A DNA stretch of 64,000 nucleotides from an uncultured Planctomycetales bacterium (GTDB lineage: Bacteria > Planctomycetota > UBA1135), in the NCBI GenBank assembly GCA_964342475.1, contig CAYFGE010000016.1:2742-66741 (forward strand), given 5' to 3'. Under the pieces are notes generated by a model. The model was not told the DNA's origin and did not search any database. It saw only the letters and a program-made list of their open reading frames with translations. A program made the position numbers and the translations under genes. Below, piece after piece: positions 9,420-17,533 of the stretch. The first letter of the stretch is position 1; every line of letters starts with the position of its first letter.

Positions 9420-10535
9420 ATGCGGATCCTCGCTCCCCTGCTCCTCCTCCTGCCCGCCTGCGCCTTGGCCCCCGCCTCCGACCCGCCCGCTCCCCTCCCC
9501 CCGGCCGGCCCGGAGATGACCGGCGAGCAGGTCGCCGCCTTCGCCCGCCTGGCCCTCGACGGCATCGTCCGCGAGTACCCGAACAAGCCGTCGAACGTCA
9601 TGGCCGGCGCCGAGGACGTGCGCTCGCCGCGCGCCATGCACCCGGCCTTCTACGGCAGCTTCGACTGGCACAGTTCGGTGCACGGCCACTGGATGCTCGT
9701 GCGGCTGCTCAAGCTCCACCCCGGCAGCCCGGTCGAGGAGGAGGCGCGCGCCAAGCTGGCCGCCCACCTCACGCCCGAGATCCTGGCCGCCGAGACGGCC
9801 TACTTCGAGCCGAAGCACAACCAGAGCTTCGAGCGGACCTACGGCTGGGCCTGGCTGCTGCGCCTGGCGATGGAGCTGCGCGACTGGGACGACGCACAGG
9901 GGCGCGAGTGGGCCGCCGCGCTGGCCCCGCTCGAGGCGCGCATCGTCGAGCTGACCAAGGCCTACCTGCCCAAGCTGAGCTGGCCGATCCGCGTCGGCGA
10001 GCACCCGAACACCGCGTGGGCGCTGGGCGAGTTCCTCGACTACGCGCGCGCCGTCGGCGACGCCGAGCTCGAGGCCCTCGCCGCCGCGCGCGCGCGCGAC
10101 TACTACCTCGGCGACACCGACTACCCGGTGATGTACGAGCCGAGCGGCCACGACTTCTTCAGCCCCGGCCTGCTCGAGGCCGACCTGATGCGCCGCGTGC
10201 TGCCGCCCGACGAGTTCCGCCGCTGGCTCGACGCCTTCCTGCCCGGCCTGCGCCGCGGGGAGCTCGGCAACCTCGGCACCCCGGTCGAGGTCAGCGACCC
10301 GACCGACGGCAAGCTGGTCCACCTCGCCGGGCTGAACCTGGTGCGCGGCTGGACCCTGCGCGGCGTGGCCTCGGCGCTGCCCGAGGGTGACCGCCGCCGC
10401 GCCACGCTGCTCGCCGCCGCGGAGGCCCATGCCCGCGCCGGGCTGGAATACGTCTTCTCCGGGTACTACGAGGGGGAGCACTGGCTGGCGTCCTTCGCCG
10501 TCTACCTCCTCACCGACGCCGGCCTCCCCGAATGA
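9420..10535 (+). CDS. DUF2891 family protein, secreted
   Basis: Signal peptide MRILAPLLLLLPAC. Family strings: YPNKPSNVM, HPAFYGSFDWHSSVHGHWMLVRLL, ERTYGWAWLLRL, GEHPNTAWAL, HLAGLNLVRGW. Confidence 0.85.
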   Translation: MRILAPLLLLLPACALAPASDPPAPLPPAGPEMTGEQVAAFARLALDGIVREYPNKPSNVMAGAEDVRSPRAMHPAFYGSFDWHSSVHGHWMLVRLLKLHPGSPVEEEARAKLAAHLTPEILAAETAYFEPKHNQSFERTYGWAWLLRLAMELRDWDDAQGREWAAALAPLEARIVELTKAYLPKLSWPIRVGEHPNTAWALGEFLDYARAVGDAELEALAAARARDYYLGDTDYPVMYEPSGHDFFSPGLLEADLMRRVLPPDEFRRWLDAFLPGLRRGELGNLGTPVEVSDPTDGKLVHLAGLNLVRGWTLRGVASALPEGDRRRATLLAAAEAHARAGLEYVFSGYYEGEHWLASFAVYLLTDAGLPE

Positions 10536-11731
10536 CCATGTTGCTGCTCCCCTCCCTCCTCCTCGCCGCCCTCCCCCAGGCCGCCGCCCCCGAGGACCCC
10601 GGCCCCCACGCGGTCGGCTGGCGCGACGTCGTCGCCCAGGACACGATCTTCAGCCAGGGCAACGTCCGCGCGCGCTTCTACTACCCCGCCGTCAGCGCCG
10701 GCCAGGACGCCGCCGCCGACCCCTCGGCCGGGCCCTACGTCCTCACCGGCTTCCAGCACGGCTGGCTCGGCAGCCCGTCCGACTACGACGAGCTGTGCAG
10801 CCACCTGGCCAGCTGGGGCTTCGTCGTCGCCTCGACCGGCACCGAGACCGGGCTGTTCCCCGACAAGCCGAAGTACGCGCGCGACACCCGTTCGCTGCTG
10901 CACTGGGCCGAGCAGCAGTCCGGCGTGGCCGGAAGCTGGCTCGAGGGCATGGTCGCGCCGGGGACCGACTGGGCGGTGACCGGGCACTCGATGGGCGGCG
11001 CGACGCTGTCGCTGCTCGTCGGCATCGAGCCGCGGGTGCGGACGGTCATCGGCCTGCAGGCGGCCTCGATGAACGCCACCGGCAACGCCAACCTGCGCGC
11101 CTTCACCGGCCGCGCCTACTGGGTGGCCGGCTCGGTCGACTGGATCGTGCCGAGCGGCACGGTGCGCGCCTGGTACGACCGCGGCGACTCGGCCGCGCGC
11201 AACGTGTTCTGGGAGGTCCAGGGCATGGGGCACGTCGGCTGCACGGACCTGCCCGCCGTCGGCGAGCCGCTGTCGGGCGCCGAGCAGCTGCGCCTGCACA
11301 AGCGCCTGGTGGGCGGCCTGCTGCGCGCCGAGGCCCGCGGCGAGGAGGACCTCTTCGTGTGGACGCTGGGCCAGGGCTTCGCCGGCGAGCCGAGCCTGCA
11401 GCAGAGCCGCTGCGTCGACCCGCCGCTGTGGGCGCGCCTCGACGCCGCGGGGACCACGGTCGAGACCGGCCTCGCCGGCCACCACGGCCGCGGCGGCGTG
11501 CTGGCCTGGTCGCTCGTGCCCGGCAGCAGCATGACGGCCTACGGCGAGCTCGGCCTCTCGCGCAGCGACCTGGTGATCGCCGCGCAGGGCCGCCTCGACG
11601 CCACCGGCGTCCTGCGCCTCGACCTGCCGGTGCAGCCGGGATGGAGCGGGCGCACGCTCCACCTCCAGGCCCTGGCCCTGCGCCCGAGCGGCGGCACGCT
11701 CAGCCGCACCGCCGCGCTCGCCGTCCCCTGA
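10532..11731 (+). CDS. Secreted alpha/beta hydrolase, cutinase/polyesterase (dienelactone-hydrolase-like) type, with an unassigned C-terminal module
   Basis: Its ATG overlaps the DUF2891 stop (ATGA). It has a signal peptide. GFQHGWLGSPSDYDELCSHLASWGFVVAS, the nucleophile elbow GHSMGG, then AGSVDWIVP (Asp) and GMGHVG (His), in the order seen in actinobacterial cutinase/PETase-type esterases. The last ~92 aa (11453..11728) form a separate module; see findings. Confidence 0.85.
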   Translation: MTMLLLPSLLLAALPQAAAPEDPGPHAVGWRDVVAQDTIFSQGNVRARFYYPAVSAGQDAAADPSAGPYVLTGFQHGWLGSPSDYDELCSHLASWGFVVASTGTETGLFPDKPKYARDTRSLLHWAEQQSGVAGSWLEGMVAPGTDWAVTGHSMGGATLSLLVGIEPRVRTVIGLQAASMNATGNANLRAFTGRAYWVAGSVDWIVPSGTVRAWYDRGDSAARNVFWEVQGMGHVGCTDLPAVGEPLSGAEQLRLHKRLVGGLLRAEARGEEDLFVWTLGQGFAGEPSLQQSRCVDPPLWARLDAAGTTVETGLAGHHGRGGVLAWSLVPGSSMTAYGELGLSRSDLVIAAQGRLDATGVLRLDLPVQPGWSGRTLHLQALALRPSGGTLSRTAALAVP

Positions 11732-11737
11732 CCTGGC

Positions 11738-13540
11738 TCAGCGGCCCTCCCAGGCCACGCGCACCGCTTCCGCGCCGGCCGGGTCGAACTCGAGCAGCTC
11801 GGCGCGGACGAAGGGGTAGAAGTCGTTGACGCCGAACCAGGCCTCGCTGAGCTCGGCGAAGTACTCGCGCTCGTTGCTCATCGCGTAGTGGCGGGCGCGC
11901 CTGCCGTCCCACACCAGGACCTCCTCGTAGCGGCCGGAGTCCCGCGCCTGCTCGAAGGCGGCGCGCACCGCAGCCGCCGCCTCGGGGCGCTCGCGGTCGA
12001 GGACGCGGAAGTGGTAGGCGTGCGCCAGTTCGTGGAGCACCATCCACTGCTGGTGCCCGACCCAGGCCAGGAAGTTCTCGGGCGTGGTCAGCTCGACGGC
12101 GCCGGCCTTGTCGGGGTTGAAGCCGTTCTGCCGCAGCCAGGCCTCGCTCGGGTGGAAGCACATGCCGGCGCGGCGGGCGCCGTCCTCGACCCAGACCTCC
12201 ACCTCGCGGAGCGCGGGCAGCGCCGCCGAGGGGACCGCCCGCTCGACCAGGTGGAGCTGGTGCTCGAGCTCGTCGAGGGTGCGCGCGGCCAGGTCGGCCT
12301 CGGCGAGCAGGCCGCGGCTCACGCGCACCGGCCAGCCGCGCAGGCGGCGCAGCTCGTAGGCCGAGGTCGGCGGGTGCTCCGGGTCCTCCGCCGGGGTCAG
12401 CGCGGGGAGCAGCGCGCGGGCGAGCTCGTGCGTCAACAGGCGCAGGTCGCCGACCCGGCGCACGTCGTCGGTGTCGACCTGCAGGGCGAGCGTCAGCCCG
12501 AGCTCCGGGAAGTGGCTGAGCTGCGACAGGTAGCCGGGGAACCAGCCGCCGTGGCCCTCGCCCGGGCCGAGCTCCTCTCCGGCGTCCCACTGCTGCAGCG
12601 CCAGGCCGTAGCGGTCGCCGGGGTTCAGGTTCGCCGGCACGCCGCGGCGCATCTCGACGCCCATCGCCTCGCCGAGCACCTCGCCCGCGTAGAGCGCGTG
12701 GCCCCAGCGCGCGAGGTCCTGCGCGGTCGAGCAGAAGCCGCCGCCGGCCCACTCGAGGAAGGGGTCGCACCAGAAGCGGCCGTCCGCGTCCAGCGTGCGC
12801 TCGGGCGCGCCGATCACCTCCCGCATGAGCCAGGGATGGCCGGTCACCACGCCGGGCAGATCGCGGCGGTCGCTCGGCAGGGTGTCGGCCAGGCCGAGCG
12901 GCCCGAGCAGCTCGGCGCGGATCGCGGCGTAGGCGTCCTCACCCGAAGCCGCTTCGACCACGCGCGCGGCGATCAGGTAGTTCGTGTCCGAGTAGCGGAA
13001 GTCGCTGCCGGCCTCGAACAGCCGCTCGCGGTCGAGGATCCCGGCGAAGCGCGGGGCGGCGCTCCAGTCCTGGTCGCCGGCGGCGAAGGCGCGGCGCAGG
13101 AAGGCGGCGTCCTCGAGGTGGTCGGGGATGCCGCTCTGGTGCCGCATGAGGTGGCGCAGGGTCAGCTGCTCGGCGTTCGGCAGGCGCGAATACCAGTCGG
13201 TCTCCCCCACCCAGCGCGCGATCGGCGCGTCGAGCTCCACCGTGCCGCGCTCGACGTGACGCAGGATCCAGGCCGCGAAGTAGGTCTTGCCGATGCTGCC
13301 CGACAGCATGCGCGAGGCGGCCGTCATCGGCGTGTCGTCGAGCGGATCCGCGACGCCGGCGGCGAGCCCGAAGGAGCGCCCGTCCGGAAGAACGACCCCG
13401 AGGGTGAGGCCCGGCACCTCGGTGCGCGCGTGGATCGCCGCGAGGGCTTCGGCGGCGGCGACCTCGGGACCGGCGCCGACGGAACCGGACGCGCTCTGGA
13501 GAAGACCGGCCAGCAGGAGGAGCGACTTCACGCATTCCAT
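11738..13540 (-). CDS. Fusion protein: beta-lactamase-fold serine hydrolase plus C-terminal zincin-like HExxH metallopeptidase domain (600 aa)
   Basis: Starts at Met58 of ORF 11738..13711 (MECVKSLLLLAGLLQSASG, a signal peptide). SxxK motif in MLSGSIGKTYFAAWIL, and FRYSDTNYLIAA. The C-terminal part has VLHELAHAYH (about nt 12011..12040) and a downstream NEREYFAELSEAWF. Confidence 0.85.
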   Translation of the reverse strand: MECVKSLLLLAGLLQSASGSVGAGPEVAAAEALAAIHARTEVPGLTLGVVLPDGRSFGLAAGVADPLDDTPMTAASRMLSGSIGKTYFAAWILRHVERGTVELDAPIARWVGETDWYSRLPNAEQLTLRHLMRHQSGIPDHLEDAAFLRRAFAAGDQDWSAAPRFAGILDRERLFEAGSDFRYSDTNYLIAARVVEAASGEDAYAAIRAELLGPLGLADTLPSDRRDLPGVVTGHPWLMREVIGAPERTLDADGRFWCDPFLEWAGGGFCSTAQDLARWGHALYAGEVLGEAMGVEMRRGVPANLNPGDRYGLALQQWDAGEELGPGEGHGGWFPGYLSQLSHFPELGLTLALQVDTDDVRRVGDLRLLTHELARALLPALTPAEDPEHPPTSAYELRRLRGWPVRVSRGLLAEADLAARTLDELEHQLHLVERAVPSAALPALREVEVWVEDGARRAGMCFHPSEAWLRQNGFNPDKAGAVELTTPENFLAWVGHQQWMVLHELAHAYHFRVLDRERPEAAAAVRAAFEQARDSGRYEEVLVWDGRRARHYAMSNEREYFAELSEAWFGVNDFYPFVRAELLEFDPAGAEAVRVAWEGR

Positions 13541-13575
13541 GCTAGCCGCCAGGAGGACCTGCCTAGAATCCGCGC

Positions 13576-15915
13576 ATGGAGCGTTCCATGATTCCGGGGA
13601 GCCGAGGAGCGACCGAGCTGCGGCACCGCATCCCCGCTCCGGGTGACGGGCGCCTCGTGCTCGAGGTCCCCGCACTGGCCGGGCACGGCCACGTCTCCCT
13701 CGACGGCGCACCCCTCGCCCTGCTCGAGCCCGCCTGGACCACGCAGCGCGTCCCGCTCGACGACGCGCACGAAGGGAGCGAGCTCCACCTCCGGGTGGAC
13801 GCGGCGCCCGGGCACCGCTTCCGCGGCTTCCTCCCCGACGTCGACGCCGCGCCGCGCGGTCTGTGGCAGGGCGCCTTCCTGCGCCGCACCGGCCCGGCCT
13901 GCTTCCTCGGCCGGCCCCGGCTCGAGTGGCCGGACGACGAGCCGCGGCTCGAGACGGAGTGGGACGGCCCGGACGAGGCGACGGTCGAGGTGGACTGCGA
14001 CGAGCTCCAGCTGTGGTCCCCCGCCCAGCCGCGCGTCGGCCGCATGCGCGTGCGCCTCATGGTCGGCGGCGCGCTGTCCGACGAGGAGGTGCTGCCGGTG
14101 GGCGCGCGCCGCCTCGAGGCCGAGGGCGAGCGGATGCTGCTGAACGGCGAGCCCTTCCGCGTGCGCGGCCTGCTGCACTGGGGGCTCTACGCCGGCCTCC
14201 CCGGCCCGGATCCCGAACCGGAGGCGCTGCGCCGCGAGCTGCGCGAGACGCGCGCGCGCGGCTTCAACCTGCTCAAGTGCTGCCTGTGGATCCCGCCCAC
14301 GCGCTTCCTCGACGTGTGCGACGAGGAGGGCATGCCGGTGTGGCTGGAGTACCCGCTGTGGAACGAGCCGCTCACGCCGGACGCCGTCGAGGCCTACCGC
14401 GCCTTCCTCGCCCACGACGCGGCGCACCCGTGCGTCGTGATGCGCACCTTCACCTGCGAGAACGACCGCCGCGACGCGGACGCCAGCCGCGCGGTGGCCG
14501 GACTGGTGCGGCGGCACGACCCGAACGCGCTGCTGGCCGACAACAGCGCCTGGCTGGGCCACACGCACGTGGCCGACTTCCACGACGAGCACCCCTACCT
14601 GCACGACGCGCAGTGGCCGTCCTACCTGGTGCGGCTCCGCGCGGCGCTGGACGAGCAGCCGGCCCGGCCGCTGCTGCTCGGCGAGACGATGGTGGCCGAC
14701 GCGCTGGCCGGCGACGCGCCCGAGGCGGTCGAGTCCCGGCGGATGGCGCTGGCGGTGCGCCGCTTCCAGGCCGAGAGCTTCGTCCGCGCCTTCCCCGATG
14801 CCGGCTACGTGATCTGCGGCGCCAGCGACGCGCCCAAGGCTCCGCTCGGCCTGCGCGACGCCGCCGGCGTCTGGAAGGACCCGCCCGAGGCCTGGGCCTG
14901 GCAGCGGGCGCTGGCCGGCGGCGGCCCGGCGCTGCCGGGGCGGGCGGCCGCTGCCGCGGTCTGGCCGACGGGACCGGCCGGAGCGCCGCTGAGCCTGCCC
15001 GACGGCGTCGAGGTGGTCGAACGCCTCGGCCCGGGGCAGCTCGCGGCGCTGCGCGAAGGCGCCCGCCTGCTGCACCTTGCCGGACCGCGCTCCGGCTCGT
15101 GGCGGACCCCCGAGGCCCTGTTCTGGAGCTGGCTGCCGGTCTTCTCCGGCCCGGCGGCGACGGGCCGGCTGCGCGAGCTGCTGGTCGACCAGCTCCCATT
15201 CGACCTGCTGTCCGGGCGCCGGCTGGCACGCCATCCTGGGGCGGCCGTGGTCGTCGGCTTGGCCGACCTGCACGACGCGCCGGCCGAGGCCCCGCGGCCG
15301 CCGACACCCCTGGTCCTGGCCGCCCGGGTCGGCCGCGGCCGGCTGCTGGTCAGCTCGCTTCGCGCCGACACCGGCGCCGGCCGGGAGGTCCACGCCCGCC
15401 TGGCGGCGGCCCTGCTCGGGCCGGACGGTGACCGCGGCGCCGCCGGAGGCGGCGAGGGCGGCCTGGAGCTGCCGACGATCGAGCTGGCCGCGCCGCCTCC
15501 GAGCCACTTCCTGGACGGCCCGTGGGAGCTGGACGGTCGCCGCTTCGCCACCGGCACCCTGCTGGCCAACTGCGGCGCCAACTCCGCCTGGGGCGCCCGC
15601 AGCGTGCACGGCCGGCTGGGACCGACAGGCCTGCCGCCGGGCCCGGCCACCCTGCACGCCGCGGCGGTGGCGGACGGCTGGGAGCTGCTCGCCGACGGCC
15701 GGCTGCTCCACCGCCACGGCAACCCGGGCCGCACCTGGGACGCCGGCCGCGACCGGCCGGCCGCGGTGCTGCTGCCGCCCGAGCTCCTGGGGCGGGCCGA
15801 GCGCGGCGGGGTGGCCCTGGAGTGGCGGCTGCACGACCACCGGGGCGCCGGGCTGCTGGTCGGGCCGGTCTGGCTGGCGGCCGGCCCGCCGGGCCCCCTC
15901 GGGCCGCTGGCCTGA
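13576..15915 (+). CDS. Glycoside hydrolase, GH2-like TIM-barrel enzyme (779 aa)
   Basis: LLNGEPFRVRGLLHWG, RELRETRARGFNLLKCCLWIPP, CDEEGMPVWLEYPLWNE and MRTFTCENDRRD resemble the GH2 sugar-binding plus catalytic-barrel junction. No signal peptide was seen. The start (13576 vs Met5 at 13588) is uncertain. Confidence 0.7.
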   Translation: MERSMIPGSRGATELRHRIPAPGDGRLVLEVPALAGHGHVSLDGAPLALLEPAWTTQRVPLDDAHEGSELHLRVDAAPGHRFRGFLPDVDAAPRGLWQGAFLRRTGPACFLGRPRLEWPDDEPRLETEWDGPDEATVEVDCDELQLWSPAQPRVGRMRVRLMVGGALSDEEVLPVGARRLEAEGERMLLNGEPFRVRGLLHWGLYAGLPGPDPEPEALRRELRETRARGFNLLKCCLWIPPTRFLDVCDEEGMPVWLEYPLWNEPLTPDAVEAYRAFLAHDAAHPCVVMRTFTCENDRRDADASRAVAGLVRRHDPNALLADNSAWLGHTHVADFHDEHPYLHDAQWPSYLVRLRAALDEQPARPLLLGETMVADALAGDAPEAVESRRMALAVRRFQAESFVRAFPDAGYVICGASDAPKAPLGLRDAAGVWKDPPEAWAWQRALAGGGPALPGRAAAAAVWPTGPAGAPLSLPDGVEVVERLGPGQLAALREGARLLHLAGPRSGSWRTPEALFWSWLPVFSGPAATGRLRELLVDQLPFDLLSGRRLARHPGAAVVVGLADLHDAPAEAPRPPTPLVLAARVGRGRLLVSSLRADTGAGREVHARLAAALLGPDGDRGAAGGGEGGLELPTIELAAPPPSHFLDGPWELDGRRFATGTLLANCGANSAWGARSVHGRLGPTGLPPGPATLHAAAVADGWELLADGRLLHRHGNPGRTWDAGRDRPAAVLLPPELLGRAERGGVALEWRLHDHRGAGLLVGPVWLAAGPPGPLGPLA

Positions 15916-16000
15916 GGGCTTGCCGGTCCCGGCGGTGCAGTCTATCATCCGCGACTTCTTTCGGTCGCTGGCGTCGGCTCGTCCGTATTGGCCAGATCGA

Positions 16001-16022
16001 CCTCCTCGTGAACGAGTGGAGG
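16001..16022 (+). promoter_or_regulatory. Hairpin pairing an anti-SD (CCTCC) with the SD site of the gldA-like ATPase gene
   Basis: CCTCCTCG-tgaa-CGA(gt)GGAGG. The 5-bp CCTCC/GGAGG stem and the 3-bp TCG/CGA stem are separated by a 2-nt bulge. The GGAGG (16018-22) is the SD site 8 nt before ATG 16031. Confidence 0.35.
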
Positions 16023-16030
16023 AACCAGGA

Positions 16031-16792
16031 ATGGATCCCTACATCGAAGCGCACGGCCTCCGAAAGGAATTCGGCAGCATCGTCGCCGTCGACGGCGTGG
16101 ACCTCACGGTCCGGCCCGGCGAGGTACTCGGCTTCCTGGGGCCCAACGGCGCCGGCAAGTCGACCACCATGAAGATGGTCACCGGCTTCCTCGAGCCCAC
16201 TGCGGGCTCCATCCGAGTCTGCGGCGTGGACATGCTCGCCCGCCCGCGCGAGGCCAAGCGCAGCATCGGCTACCTCCCGGAGGGCGCGCCGGCCTACCCG
16301 GACATGACGGTGGCCGAATTCCTGCGCTTCATCGCCGGGATCCGCGGTTTCGACCGCGCCGGCGCCGAGCGGCGGACCGAGCAGCTGGTCGACCAGGTCC
16401 ACCTCGGCGGCGTCTACCACCAGACCATCGAGACGCTGTCGAAAGGCTTCAAGCGCCGCGTCGGCCTGGCCCAGGCGATCTTCCACGACCCGCCGGTGCT
16501 GGTCCTGGACGAGCCGACCGACGGCCTCGACCCGAACCAGAAGCACGAGGTCCGCGACCTGATCCGGGAGATGGGCAAGGCCAAGACCATCCTGCTGTCG
16601 ACCCACCTCCTCGAGGAGGTCGAGGCGGTCTGCACGCGCGCGGTGATCATCAACCGCGGTCGCTGCGTGTTCGACGGCAGCCCGGCCGAGCTCGACGCCC
16701 AGGCGCCGGCGGAGGTGACCGCCAACCGGCTGGACTGGGTCTTCCGCCACCTCACCACCAGCGACACCGCCGTCGCGGGAGGAGCCGCGTGA
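16031..16792 (+). CDS. ABC transporter ATP-binding protein (GldA-like, ABC-2 subfamily)
   Basis: It is the C-terminal 253 aa of ORF 15077..16792 and starts MDPYIEAHGL. Walker A GPNGAGKST, signature LSKGFKRRV, Walker B VLVLDEPTDGLD. SD site GGAGG lies 8 nt upstream of the ATG. Confidence 0.95.
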   Translation: MDPYIEAHGLRKEFGSIVAVDGVDLTVRPGEVLGFLGPNGAGKSTTMKMVTGFLEPTAGSIRVCGVDMLARPREAKRSIGYLPEGAPAYPDMTVAEFLRFIAGIRGFDRAGAERRTEQLVDQVHLGGVYHQTIETLSKGFKRRVGLAQAIFHDPPVLVLDEPTDGLDPNQKHEVRDLIREMGKAKTILLSTHLLEEVEAVCTRAVIINRGRCVFDGSPAELDAQAPAEVTANRLDWVFRHLTTSDTAVAGGAA

Positions 16793-17523
16793 ACGCCACC
16801 CGCACCATCTTCAAGCGCGAGTTCGCCGGCTACTTCGCCACCCCGCTCGCCGCCGTCTACCTGGTGATCTTCCAGGCGCTGACCGGAATCTTCACTTTCA
16901 ACCTGGGCGGCCTCTACGAGAGCGGCCAGGCCAGCCTGCGGCCCTTCTTCGGCTTCCTGCCGCAGCTCTTCCTGTTCCTGGTGCCGGCGATCGCCATGCG
17001 CATCTGGGCCGAGGAGCGGCGGCTCGGCACGGTCGAGCTGCTGATGACCCTGCCGGTGTCGATCGGCGAACTGGTCGCCGGAAAGTTCCTGGCTGCCTGG
17101 GCCTTCGCCGGCGTCGCGCTGGGGCTGACGGTGCCGCTGTGGCTGACCGTCAGCTACCTCGGCGACCCCGACCATGGCGTCATCCTGACCAGCTACTTCG
17201 GCGGCGCGCTGATGGCCGGCGCCTTCCTGGCGGTTGGCTCCTGCCTTTCGGCGCTGACCAAGAACCAGGTCATCGCCTTCGTGCTGTGCCTGCTCGCCTT
17301 CTTCGCCCTGCTGCTCAGCGGCTACCCCGGCTTCGCCGAGCTGGTGCCGGGCTGGATGCCGGAGGTCCTCGTCGACGCGCTCGCCTACCTCAGCTTCCTC
17401 AGCCACTACGAGGCGCTCCAGAAGGGCGTGATCGACCTGCGCGACGTGCTGTTCTTCCTCACGGTGATCGGCGCCTCGCTGTTCGTCAACGCGCTCGTCC
17501 TGGACTGGAAGAAGGCGGACTAG
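16789..17523 (+). CDS. ABC-2 type transporter permease (GldF-like)
   Basis: Its GTG overlaps the ATPase stop (GTGA). Six hydrophobic segments. The N-terminus IFKREFAGYFATPLAAVYLVIF is typical of this family. Confidence 0.9.
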   Translation: MNATRTIFKREFAGYFATPLAAVYLVIFQALTGIFTFNLGGLYESGQASLRPFFGFLPQLFLFLVPAIAMRIWAEERRLGTVELLMTLPVSIGELVAGKFLAAWAFAGVALGLTVPLWLTVSYLGDPDHGVILTSYFGGALMAGAFLAVGSCLSALTKNQVIAFVLCLLAFFALLLSGYPGFAELVPGWMPEVLVDALAYLSFLSHYEALQKGVIDLRDVLFFLTVIGASLFVNALVLDWKKAD

Positions 17524-17533
17524 GAGGGGAGTC

